A stretch of DNA of 64,000 nt from Haliotis rufescens (taxonomy: Eukaryota): assembly GCF_023055435.1 (NCBI RefSeq), contig NW_025963857.1, positions 29,078,001-29,142,000 on the forward strand, written 5' to 3'. Made by a program: the position numbers and the translations under genes. Below the pieces are notes generated by a model. The model was not told where the DNA came from and did no database searches. It saw nothing but the letters and a program-made list of their open reading frames with translations. Within the stretch, counting starts at the first letter, position 1, and each line of letters starts with the position of its first letter. Below, one piece after another: positions 27,348 to 38,840 of the stretch.

Positions 27348-27982
27348 ATTGACTACAAACTTTACATAACACGGTTTAGACCGGACTTGTGACTATAGCT
27401 CTGTATAAGTTTAACCTATGTTGAACTAAATACATAACTGACAAATAAACACTGATCTTTAATTAAGGAACATCGCCTTTTTAAGAATAACTAAATACGT
27501 GCTTCAACTGTAGATGACAATGTCACAAATGATTATTATTTCCGCCAGTGACCCCTTGGGTAGACAGTGACCTCCTGGTTGTGGTCACCTGTCACTGATG
27601 ATCACGTGATACAAAGTTGCTATGCGAGGAGGAGGAGGTGTGTGATCACCTGACGCATGAAATCTGACGTTAACAGCTGGGATCTGTCAACAGTGTTGTC
27701 ACCCATTGATACTGTATCTACATTGAATATATACATAGTTATACAACTAAACTTATCTATATGAGGTTATTTGGTGTTGTTTGGGGTGTGTCTGTGTGCT
27801 CACGTAACGTATGAAATCTGGCGTGCTAATCCAGTGCAAATTAGCATCATACTCTATAAGAACGTTACTTTCTCGATACGATGTATTTGTGACAATACAC
27901 TCTGTAAGCAGTGGCAGTAGTGATGTCGGACATTATCGATCGAATACCTAGTTTACGATTTCGCAGCTAGGCCTGATTCCTA

Positions 27983-28194
27983 GTCAGCTTAATGTTGGAG
28001 GAAAGCCCGAAGTGATGCAGGTCTCAGTGAAACCCACGAGCAGGGGTATGGTGCTGACAAACCTAGAAACATAATCGGGGCGAACCGGGATTCGAACCCA
28101 CAATCATAAGTTTCTGGCTCGCCCAAGGGACACAAATATGCAGAGCGAATCGGCGAATCGCGGCGCCTTAAACGACTGGGCCACCCGTGCCCCC
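27983..28194 (-). mobile_element. SINE family 3 (further degenerate copies ~28545-28728, ~7660-7800)
   Basis: Reverse complement of 33136-33352. Confidence 0.85.
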
Positions 28195-29148
28195 AGAACC
28201 TGAATAAATGTGTATGTATATACAGGTGGTGCCATAACTTCATAATATGTTTGTGCTGCAAAGTTTAGAAAACCAAACCTGTCTGTATTGTCTTACGTGT
28301 CGACTGCAGATGGTCCGTTTCTTATTTGCTGGCTTCAGAGTGTCCCCTTTCGCCGTCGTTGAACTGCGAGTTCAAAGTTCTCTCTGATTTGTCGAGGAGA
28401 TCTTACTTGTAACACTGTTGGAATGCGCAATTGTCTCGTTCGCCAAAACTCAGTCCGACAAACGGACTCAAGACAAAACGGCCCCAAACACTTGCAAAGA
28501 CGGCCCAATATCATAACTGTATAACAATATTAAAATAAATGATGAATGAGTGAGTGAGCTGGGTTTAACTCGCTGACAACAACGAGCACGGGCACCTGGT
28601 GCTGACAAACCAAGAAACATAATCGAAACAAATCGAGATCCGAATCAACGATCATAGGTTTTTGGTGTGCCCAAGGGACGCAACTCTGTTCAGCGAATTA
28701 CGGCTCCTTTGACAACTGGACCACTCGTTAATTTCCAACTAATATTTATTTAAAAGACTGAGGTTACAACAATTTCCCGCAACAATACTTTTACATCATC
28801 ACGACGTTTAATTATAAAAATGTAACACAATTAGAGATAAACAGTACTTAAAGTTCAATATATGATTTACTGATTCCAGGATTGTATTCAGACCAATGTT
28901 TATAGTTAATTTAACATAGCTTCAAGCATAAATAACAGTTTCACCATTTGTGATTGTAATTTGGATCCTGTAATTAAAAGAGACTTTATGCTGTTAGTGG
29001 TACTACAACTTCATGCCCGAACATCGTGGAGGAAGATCTAGAGTGGATGTTAATATTATATTGCCAAATTTATAAACGATATAAAGCCATTGTATTGGGC
29101 AATTAACCGGCTATACCTACTCACTGACTGGCTATATATATTTATACT

Positions 29149-30977
29149 TTATTCAAAGGTAAATACTTTCACGGATTCAGAGCAGCTTACATACAGCAAG
29201 CCGTCATCATCCAGACAGATGCCACCAGGACAAAATAGATCATCCCGTGCTGTGAGAATATCTCTGACAAACTTTCCCGACTCTGTCAGCTGAATCACCT
29301 TGTTGGAGCCATTGTCTACAAGCAGGATGTCTCCTTTCTTGGGTGTTGTGATACCTCGAGGCCATGTCAGAGCTCTTATTCCTGTGGGAGTGTATGTGAA
29401 AACAGTTTTGCCATCCCTTGTCACAGATACCAATGACTTTACTTCTCCTTCACTTACTACCACATTGTTATTCCTCATGACATGAATATTTAATGGGTTC
29501 ATTATAACACCTGTTTTGATGGATTTCAGAACATTCCCTTTCCTATCCAGTATGTCAACAGAGGCACGACTCTCAATACAACCTGCCAGAAGTTGTGAAG
29601 AGTTCAGGCAGGCTAACCCATAATATTCCGTCTTTGTTTTCACAGTTGACAGTAATGTAGGTTCTGGGTCAAACTTGATGAAAGCTATTTGTCGTGTGTC
29701 TGGCAGAGTAACAGCTGCCTGAGCTCCATCCAGCTTAGCTATTTGAATTAGAGCAGAAGGTAGCTGGAGACATTTTTTAAAGGATAGTTTGTTTGAAGTA
29801 TAAAATACACTAAGTCTATCATAATCTAACACCACAGTTACCTTGATACCATCAACAGTCATTACTGAAACGTCACTCAAGTCACAGTCCGTGTATCCCT
29901 GTCTGCTACAGTCTAGTGTTTGCAGGAGAACAGGAGAAGACGTCCGGTCACTCAGGCCCTGAACAACCCTGACCTCCCCCAGCTGCACCTCAGCTACATA
30001 TCTCAAGAGCTTGTCTGTGTCATGTGTGAAGATAATACTGGAAGTTATTGGTGTCTTGTCCTCACTTGTGTCTTCAATTCTGGATACATCCACAGACCCA
30101 TACATACCATACATGTCTTCTACACAGTTTCCCTTTACGGCTTTGTTTGTGAACTCATGCCGCTGATGATGCAGCTGGAGGTCGATCTCCTGGGACTTTC
30201 TGAAGGCTTTCAGTTCTTCTACACGTTTTTCTGTTAGTTTGTCGATGCGCTCCAGCAATTCCTTTTCTTTTCTCAGAAGAACATCTGTAGCAGCCATGCA
30301 TACTTTCTGAACTTGGTCTTTCATCACTTGTGCGTTCTTCGATAGCTTTTCAATTTCAGAGTTTGTTGATGAAATTACATCATTGTAAGATTTAATTTTA
30401 TTCTTTTGCGTCCTAGTTTCATTGATCAGAGTTTCCTTTACAAGAGGCGTCATGACATCTATGGTTTCAACATCATCACACTTCCTATGTTTGATACTGC
30501 AGCATACAGTACAAATTGCCATCCTGCAATCTTTACAAAACAGTTTTACTTTTTCGTCTTTGTGAATTCGGCACATAAAGCTTGATGCCTTTGGTTTCCT
30601 GTTACTATGGGTACGTACATCGATCACTTCATGATCACGTAACAGGGGCATCTTCTTGTGCATCTTGAGACATCCATCACAGAAGACATCATCACAAATG
30701 GTGCAGTACATTGTTCCTGGAGTTGTCTCCCCATCTTCTTTGCACACGCTACAAGCCTCAAGATCTGAACAGAAAGTACGGAGTCTTACAAATAATGCAA
30801 TTGCCAGAAAACATACTCACTTACTATTACTATTAGACATTCATTTTGTATATATACTATGTATAGTTGCAACATTATTCAATCCAACACTTATATAGAA
30901 AACTGCATTTTATATCAGTGACAGGACATTAAACCGTTTCATTATTTCCTACCTGGCGATGCCTCTAAAATGTCCAT
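29149..30977 (-). CDS. TRIM copy C: Bbox1-Bbox2-coiled coil-NHL-like propeller, RING-less (exon 2 30764-29149 intact; possible start at ATG 30977, ~546 aa)
   Basis: Uninterrupted 532-codon ORF paralogous to D/E exon 2. Acceptor ttcag|AT at 30764 and donor CCAG|GTAGGA at 30953 are retained. An in-frame ATG at 30977 gives MDILEASP. Whether it is expressed is unknown. Confidence 0.7.
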
Positions 30978-31205
30978 CACCCCTGTATTACTCGGCGTGG
31001 TTTCAGCTGGCTCATCCACTCCTCTACTGGACTGTCAGGGATGGTAACCTTCGTCAGTTGTCCACAGGGGGGACATGGGACGGACTTGGTTTGAATTGCT
31101 CCTCAGAGGCCTTACAGAATGTATGTGGTAGGATGGATCATTGAACATCTCTGCGGATAAAACACAGGTCAGGTGGTTGTCTGTTAACTTCTTAGCGGTG
31201 GCCAT
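30953..31205 (-). pseudogene. Degenerate RING exon of TRIM copy C
   Basis: Starts MATAKKLTDNHLTCVLS (second Cys lost). Small deletions shift the frame to a TGA at 31037-31035. The homologous CPPC...LTKV...PDSPVEEW survives only in another frame. Confidence 0.8.
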
Positions 31206-32239
31206 TTCTAATAAAAGACATCATATGATTAAGTTTTGGTTTCAATACGAGTTTGTTACATTAAACTTTGTTGATGAGAAAATAAACCCTTATTTATTCT
31301 CTTTTCTATGCTCTACTTAAGTATCTGTTAATTCTGACTTTTGATACTCAGGAACCACCATGTTTAAAGTTTTATGCTTACTGTGATCATACCAAAAGAA
31401 CATCATATCATGTTGTCAACGTGTGACCTTACCTAAGTGAGTGACACCGTTCCTCGTCTGTATTTACAACCCAATCTAATTTGCATGCTGCTTAAGGCGT
31501 CTGTCTGTCTGTCTATCTATCTATCTGTCTTTCTGTGTGTTAAGTTATACTTGTGAATACATAAAAAAACACTGTTTTATTTTTGCCTCTTGCAGAACAC
31601 AATACGTCAGTTACAATCTGTCAGTGTATTTTGTGCAATATATCATTGCCTCTTGCTGTCATTGGTACTAAATAATTGTGTTGCTGAAATGCTGGATTTA
31701 ACATATTATCAACTGAAAGATAGCATCTGATTACATTTTCGCAGAACATTTTCAGACATGCTTATACGTAGAGCATTTTACATTTAAATACATATACGAG
31801 TTCTTGTGTCCTATGTGATGGTATGTGGAACAAATAAAGGGACATAACTCTAATATTGATATTCTTAGTCCGCGACCCCAGTAATAACACTATATGCACC
31901 CACACTGCATACATTGTATCTCTGTTAAAGTGGTTTTAGGGTACACAACAATGCCACACATGCAACAATGTTGTTAATATGTTTTGAAAAAACCTGACAA
32001 ACGTCCAGGCAAAAGAAAATTTACACATGAAAAACAATGGATTATCAGAATTTTAATAGGCTGAAAACAGACGACTCAACACTGCAAACGTAAGGTCGAA
32101 AACACAACTGTGACACCCGTATCAAACAAATCACCATCGAATAATTCTTTCTTGTTTGTTTCCCGTTTAGCCGTCATCAAACATTAGTGCATGCTTGCCC
32201 TGCAGTTTAATACATTTCACATGTCACACTTACTTCAAC

Positions 32240-32530
32240 ATTCAAGTCACGGTTTACGAAGTGCAATTTGCCTTGATGTGGACTATATCTCAAATCTATG
32301 AAATTCTCAACACGATTCATTGTAGGGTAGATTGAATGCGAAATAACAAATATTTAAGATATTTTTCGACAGTGATCTCGCGTTTGACCTTTACAGATAC
32401 GGCAACATGGATGAGCACACGGGGTATACAGGGACTCACTTCCTGGTTGAGCCCACCCACACTGATCATGATCACGCAACACGGAGTTTCTAAAGGGGAA
32501 GAGGTATGTGATCACGTGACACATGTAACC
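32240..32530 (-). promoter_or_regulatory. Same upstream module, copy C
   Basis: CACTTCCTG at 32437, TCACGTGA at 32512, donor AAG|GTCAAA at ~32388. Confidence 0.55.
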
Positions 32531-33135
32531 TGACGTTATCAGTTAAGACCTGTCAATAGCGTTGTCAAACTACGGTAGATTATCTATATTGAAATTCCAC
32601 AGAGATTTATTGCTGTAACCTCGTCACGATATGGCTGAAATATTGCCGATGTGACGTTAAACTTTAACTCACTCACTCACTATTGTAACCTGTAATTGAA
32701 ATGTATGTCAAACAAGTGACAAAATAAACATAAATCTTTAATGAACATCTCCGCCTTAGGAACAACTAAACGGTAGACAATGCACAGATGCTAAAATGTT
32801 AAATGTAGGAGTGTAAACGACAGTTAAACATAGGACAATAAATGCGAAGTTGACACAAATGATGTCATGTGAGCCCAGATAGACAGTAAAACAAAAATAT
32901 AAAATGGTAGATACTTTAATAGGGGTCCTTTAAAGTAAAACAGACGAAAGGTGTAGATTATGTGGATGATCCAGAGGAAGGGGTTGGTTGGAAGGGGTTG
33001 GGATGGGGTGGTCTGGGGGTGGCCAAACTGCATACAAATGGATTATTATTTGATTTTGTTGTTGTTGCTATGATATAGCCGCAATATCTTTATTGTAAAC
33101 CCCATAACTCACTCACTCACTCACTAGAGTTTCTT

Positions 33136-33435
33136 GGGGCACGGGTGGCCCAGTCGTCTAAGGCGCCGCGATTCGCTGTGCGAGTTGCGTCCCTTGGGCA
33201 CGCCAGAAACCTATGATTGTGGGTTCGAATACCGGTTCGTCCCGATTATGTTTCTAGTTTTGTCAGCACCATACCCGTGCTCGTGGGTTTCACCGAAGTG
33301 GTAAACGTCTGAGACCTGCATCACTTCGGGCTTTCCTCCCACATTAAGCTGACACGCCGCAATATAACTGTAATACTGTTAAAAGTGGCGTTAAACCAAA
33401 CTCATTCACTCACTCACTCACTCACTCACTCACTC
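33136..33435 (+). mobile_element. SINE family 3 (tRNA-Leu-like head)
   Basis: A box TGGCCCAGTCGTCTAAGGCG, B box GGTTCGAATAC, (CACT)n tail; flanked by gagtttct direct repeats. Confidence 0.85.
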
Positions 33436-33749
33436 GAGTTTCTCTGTCAACAGATGTAAATGGTAGAGTGATCAGCATCTCGCGATACAGGAAATGAGTA
33501 CTGAGGCACCAGCACTTGTAAGGCACCATTAGTAGGAACTTGACATCTGCCGATATACCACTTTGTTGACAAGAGGATACAGTAAAATTATTAATTTAAT
33601 TTCTAAAAAGATAGACCGGATACTTGAACAACTTCCACTCGTGTTCAAGCACATGATGCATAAACCTGATCACCAATTATAAATGTGTAAACAAACTGTT
33701 TTCAGGGAATATCTTAAAGGAAGTACATAGTGTAACATCAACCTAGCAA

Positions 33750-34868
33750 TATATCGATCCCGAAGAGACGCAAATGCCGAGAGATATTGGTATGGCGAAT
33801 ATGGTCGCTTCACAGGGCCAACATCCGATGACGGTGTCAGGTACAACAATGCACCGGTACAACCAGGGAGGACACACCAGGGACAGGCCAAGGATCGGTA
33901 GACCATGTGTCATGATCCCCCGAGATGACCGCTATCTGTGACCTTTGTATCTTCGCAACCGTTTCCTGACGGTGAGTTTTAGGCCGCAGCATCAGCCAAT
34001 ACACTGTGACAAGAAGACAGCGTGCTGCTGGGATTCGGGCCTACCTTACGGTGGCATGACCCCGACCCAGTCGATGGCAGCGACGTGATTTGCAGAGGAT
34101 GCTCGTCAATGATGAGTTAGATCCACCTGTTCAATGCAGATGGAAGAATCCGGGCGTACCGTCGAAGAGGAGAGAGATCAGCTACAGGATGCGTCCAGGA
34201 GGAAGTCCTTTAGTAGGGGAAGCATTATGGTCTGGGGAGATATGCAGTGATATGAAAACATTGTTATCCATGGAAACTTAAATGCCCAGAGCTACAGGGA
34301 TGAAATCCTTCAACCTGTTCTCACCCCCCTTCTCCGCCAGCAGTTTCAGGGTGTTTGTTCCAGCAATATCATGCTAAGACCATACTGCCCTTCTGACGCA
34401 AGATTCCTGGTAATCACGATCTTGGATCCTGACCGGTTTTGCCTTGGCCAGCCCACTCGCCGGATCCATCGACAATTGAACACCTCTTGGACCCCTTTGA
34501 CAGGCAGGTCAGAGAATAGCTCCAGCATCCCACAGCTCTGATTGAGCTTGAACGAGTCCCAGTGGTAAATAGAAGCCAGATCCAAAATGACAAATGTCAG
34601 CAATGAGACGGTGGATGTTTGCCTATCCACTCTTGGATTAATGAACTCGCTAGATTAGTTCACATGTAAATTCACTTTATGACCCCTCAGTTGTTTACAT
34701 GCCTTGGACGTTTCTGTATGTAACGTCATCTTGGTTGTTTTCTTTATCGCGTTCTCACACAATATTTAGATTATTGTTCATATATTGTACATTGTTACCA
34801 TAAGTGTTTTGCTTCATTTTCTTGCCATTTTAGATGATACTTGGTTTCTTTTGTTCGTCATTTTATAT
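33750..34868 (+). mobile_element. Highly degenerate Tc1-like element
   Basis: Relics DRPR.GRP, FQQ..A..HTA and LPWPAHSPD...IEHL; TIR-like end tttcttttgttcgtca at 34845-34860. Confidence 0.7.
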
Positions 34869-35275
34869 ATGTAGTGGTTCCCGGGTTTGATCCCCCAAAT
34901 TGGTACACTGTGTTTAGCCCATTTCTGTTGTCCCTACCCGTGACATTGCTGGAATATTGCTAAAAACGCCGAAAAACCACACTCACTCTTTGATAACAGA
35001 GATACATTAAATGGAAGGGATCAATGAACTTTTCTTGAAAAATAAATTCCCCAATATATACCGTTTTGTTAATTAAATCTGGCCAAGAATCGGCCTTCAA
35101 TATATTATAATTTCATACTTTGAAGTTTACACTGTTTCTTTCATGCTGACTGGCTGAAGGGGTAGTCACGTGATCTGATATTTGGAGTTCACACATCTGT
35201 GAAAGGACAAAAAAAAGTTCACACGATGTGAACATTTTTGTGTGAAATTGATCGTGTGAACTTTTGCCGGAACTA

Positions 35276-36511
35276 CGAGGGCCATTCAATATATAACCAG
35301 CCTAAGCTATTTAGCAGATCTTAACGGTTGCATGTTTGTCACGTGCTGTCCACCAATGTATGTCACGTGCATAGACAATGTTTCACTGAGGAAATTGTAT
35401 TTGAAGTCACACACGTGATCTATAAAGATGGCAAGGGTAGATTCTGCCAAATTTTCGTCAAAGGTTGAATACAGGGCTGTTATTAGGTGCCTCTACTTAA
35501 AAGGGAAACCGGGAAAGGAGATACATGATGAATTGTCAGATGTTTATGGTGACGGTGCACCTTCGTATGCACAGGTCAAATTCTGGGTTGCAGACTTTAA
35601 GAGGAGTCGGGTGAACCTGGAAGATGAGCCACGCCCTGGCAGGCCTGTAGAGGTGACCAATGACCAAACCAGTGAAGCTGTGAGACAACTGGTTGTCAAA
35701 GACAGGCGAATGAAGGGGTCAGAAATGGCCAAGGCCTTGGACATTTCAGAGGGAAGTGTCCATACCATTTTGCATGATCGTCTGGGTATGAGGAAGCTGT
35801 CTGCCCGATGGGTCCCGAAATGTCTGAGTGATGATCAGAAGGATGTACGTGCGTCAATGTGTCAGGCACTTTTGACGCAATACAGTCGGGATGCAGACAA
35901 CTTTATGGAGAGAATTGTTACTGGTGATGAAACCTGGGTACACCACTATGACCCAGAAACCAAAGAACAGAGTAAGCAGTGGACTGGCTTTGCTTCACCC
36001 CGTCCCTTTTGGGATACCAAAGGGGTCTTGCTCATTGACTACTTGCCACGTGGCCAGACTATTACTGGAGAGTACTACTCCGATCTCCTGGGCCGTTTGC
36101 GGACTGTTATTCTTGCCAAACGTCGTGGAAAGATCACAAAAGGTGTGCTGCTCCAACATGATAATGCCAGAGTGCACACCTGTCGACTTGCGGTTGCCGC
36201 AGTGAAGCGGAACGGGTTCAAAGTATTGCCTCATCCACCTTACTAACCAGACCTGGCACCAAGCGACTACTTTCTCTTCCCAAACTTGAAGAAAGAACTG
36301 CGTGGACGTCATTTCCGGTCCGTGGATGAACTCACGACAGCAGTGGAGGGGTGGTTACACGAACAACCCCATGGTTTCTATCACAACGGGCTTTTAGCTC
36401 TCACACATCGCTGGACAAAGTGCATAGACCTCAATGGTGATTATGTGGGAAAAGAAGAAGTGAGGAGCAGTAGCAAACAGGTTAGGCTGGTTATATATTG
36501 AATGGCCCTCG
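35276..36511 (+). mobile_element. Mariner DNA transposon (DD34D), full length but inactivated
   Basis: Perfect 30-bp TIRs (cgagggccattcaatatataaccagcctaa; 35276-35305 and 36482-36511) with TA on the left. The transposase has WVPK, TGDETW, HDNA and Y*PDLAPSDY motifs. Confidence 0.95.
35428..36501 (+). pseudogene. Mariner transposase pseudogene
   Basis: In-frame TAA at 36244 within YSPDLAPSDY. An in-frame deletion lies between SPRP and FWD (~36006), where a KVM..V segment is expected. There are 34 residues between the 2nd and 3rd catalytic Asp. Confidence 0.9.
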
Positions 36512-37819
36512 TTCTTTCCGGGGGGTTCCCCGAATTCTCGTTCGGTGTTTACGATCAACTCGTTTTTCTATTTTCTTTTTAATACCTGCATTTATCAGCA
36601 ATATAATTAATTTAGGATTTTTGCCTGGTCTTGTAACATTTTTATTTGACTTATAAATAAATAAATGCTTTGGTTCTGGTGATTGATGTCGTCTAGCTGC
36701 TTGATGAAACAAAATGGATTGTCCTTGCGATGATTTGGATATGGAATGGCTATCTTTCAATACTAATTACACAAGTGAAGAACATTAATTCTGTAAAATT
36801 ACTGAGGTGAACGAAATTCATTTATTGAGCGATATTGACTTTGATGCCTTGTTTTCGGAAATGGCAGAAATCTAGCACAAATGAAAACAATGTCGTTCCT
36901 GCTCAGATGTGGCCGCTGACACAGAGCAAACGCGAGTGCTCCTGATCAATCCCAAACTAAAATCCGATTTACTATCGTATCGCGGAAAAAGAACTAAGAT
37001 TTTGAGAAACCATAAAATAAAAAAAGGCAAGGAAAGGAACTCAAATTTAAAAAAACCCAAAAACTTGCCTACCTGTTTTATCGATTGGTCATCGGAGACG
37101 AGAAAATATCCGTAGATGGAATTAGAAATCTACTATTCCGGTTTCGGAGTTGTCCGACCTTCTCCGTGCATTCTAGGCCGAGAAGCGGCGGCACATGAGG
37201 AGTGACGGGGCACAGTAATGAAGCTGGCATCAGGTCATACAGTAGGTCCATCTCAGGTGACAAGAAACACCAGCTAAGCAAAGTGTTACATCACACACGA
37301 CAAATCCCAAACTCCAAATATAACACACCCTGACGTTGAATTTTAACACAAAACACACGTTTCAGAGCACTCGGTTCAATCCCCACCAGTCCATTCCGCA
37401 TCGTCCGAATCGGTTTGCGATTACCCAAACACAAGTCACACATTCATAAATCGGGGATATTGCCAATTTGCTCGTGCCATGAGAGGGTTCACGGGTCGCG
37501 GTGTTTTCCATAACTGCTCCATAAACGTCATTTTCAACAGAAGCAAGTATAAATTTCATCCTCATGTTCCCTTTCGACTCAAAATGCACCTCTTTACAAA
37601 CTTATGTGACGTCATATATAATCCGGGCTTGAAGGTTGACCTCGTCTCGGTGCATCGAGGTCATGTTTATATTTTTGTTCAACTTCCTGTAACCTATTTT
37701 TAAGATTTTATTTATCCCAAATATTGTTTGTAAATTTGTTCAGAGAATGAAATTATGTTGACATATTTCTAGATTATGACAACGGTTTCTACCTAGTATG
37801 ACGCCTTACTTTGACGTTA

Positions 37820-37985
37820 GGGGCGGTCGGGTAGCCAAGTGGTTATAGCGTTCGCTCGCCACGCCGAAGACCCGGGTTCGATTCCCGACATGGGTACAAT
37901 GTGTGAAGCCCATTTCTGGTGTCCCCCGCCGTGATATTGCTGGAATATTGCTAAAAGCGGCGTAAAACTATGCTCACACACTCAC
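37820..37985 (+). mobile_element. tRNA-derived SINE family 1, full length with TSD
   Basis: A box GTAGCCAAGTGG, B box GGTTCGATTCC, (CACT)n-like tail; 13-bp TSD tactttgac(g/a)tta. Confidence 0.9.
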
Positions 37986-38466
37986 TACTTTGACATTATG
38001 TAAACGGGTGCAAATTTCAAATAATAAAGATGGATTGTAAAACGAAATCGGTTTTATCGTGACCATGTGTATATTGGCCAGAGAGGTTATGACATTTTCT
38101 GTTACAATATGCAAACTAGTATTCAAGGTTAATACCCACATGATACCAAAAGAATCAAAGCCAATTATTTGTTTCCAGAATGACAAGGAACAAATAAATT
38201 CAGCGATCAAGGTAAACGTCCATTATACTCCTTCAGCACATAGTTTCTCCCCACACAATATTCCTGTGTATGTATCCGACATGAATGAAGACGCTACACC
38301 TTAAGCAGCGACGTCTGGTGTCAGCTGTTACATATCAAAGTAGTGTGTAGAAATAGACATAGCGTTTAACGTATCATTTGTAAACACTTCATTAACCCTT
38401 TGTATATAAAAGCGACAAAATCAATTCATACTCATAATGATCAGTCCACGGTTCGGAAACACTTTC

Positions 38467-38732
38467 GACCGCCTCCGTGGTCTAGTAGTAGAGTGTCCGC
38501 CCGGAGAGAGGAAGGTTCGGGGTACGACCTCCGGATGTGTCATCCCCAAAGACGTCAAAAGATGGTACTTCTTGTTGCCCTGCCTGGCGCTCTACATTGA
38601 GAGGCCACAATAAGGACTGGTTGGCTCGGAGTCAGTATACTGTGTCTGAGTGGGGCATTCATTTGAACCTATAAACTCGGCGTGAATTCAGACTAGTACA
38701 AGCACACAGAGAGAGACAGAGAGAGAGGGGGG

Positions 38733-38773
<41 letters not shown>

Positions 38774-38840
38774 TTGCATGCTCGTCGCTATTTAAGTGCA
38801 ATAATCTTGAACTCGACGTTGAACCCCATTTCACCTGACC
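38467..38840 (+). mobile_element. SINE family 2 with internal GA microsatellite (paralog ~870-1090)
   Basis: Head gaccgcctccgtggtctagt and tail atttcacctgacc. Confidence 0.85.

Larger units (their letters stand above)
35107..37756 (+). mobile_element. Internally deleted Crypton-like (tyrosine recombinase) DNA transposon hosting the mariner
   Basis: Relic GVTGHSNEAGIRSYSRS...KHQLSKVL (37199-37290) matches the YR C-terminal TGH...Y motif. SELSDLLRAF*AE and RFTIVS resemble the Crypton N-terminus. Ends are 10-bp inverted repeats (ataatttcat/atgaaattat). The block is absent from the paralogous site (~390-475). Confidence 0.6.

Noticed and set aside
35428-36246. SETMAR or functional transposase gene
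   Set aside because: No SET domain, lies inside TIRs, and has a nonsense codon before the third catalytic Asp.
37820-37895. tRNA genes (also heads at 47494, 33136, 26299, 1671)
   Set aside because: The tRNA-like heads continue into shared bodies with simple-repeat tails and TSDs, so they are SINEs.
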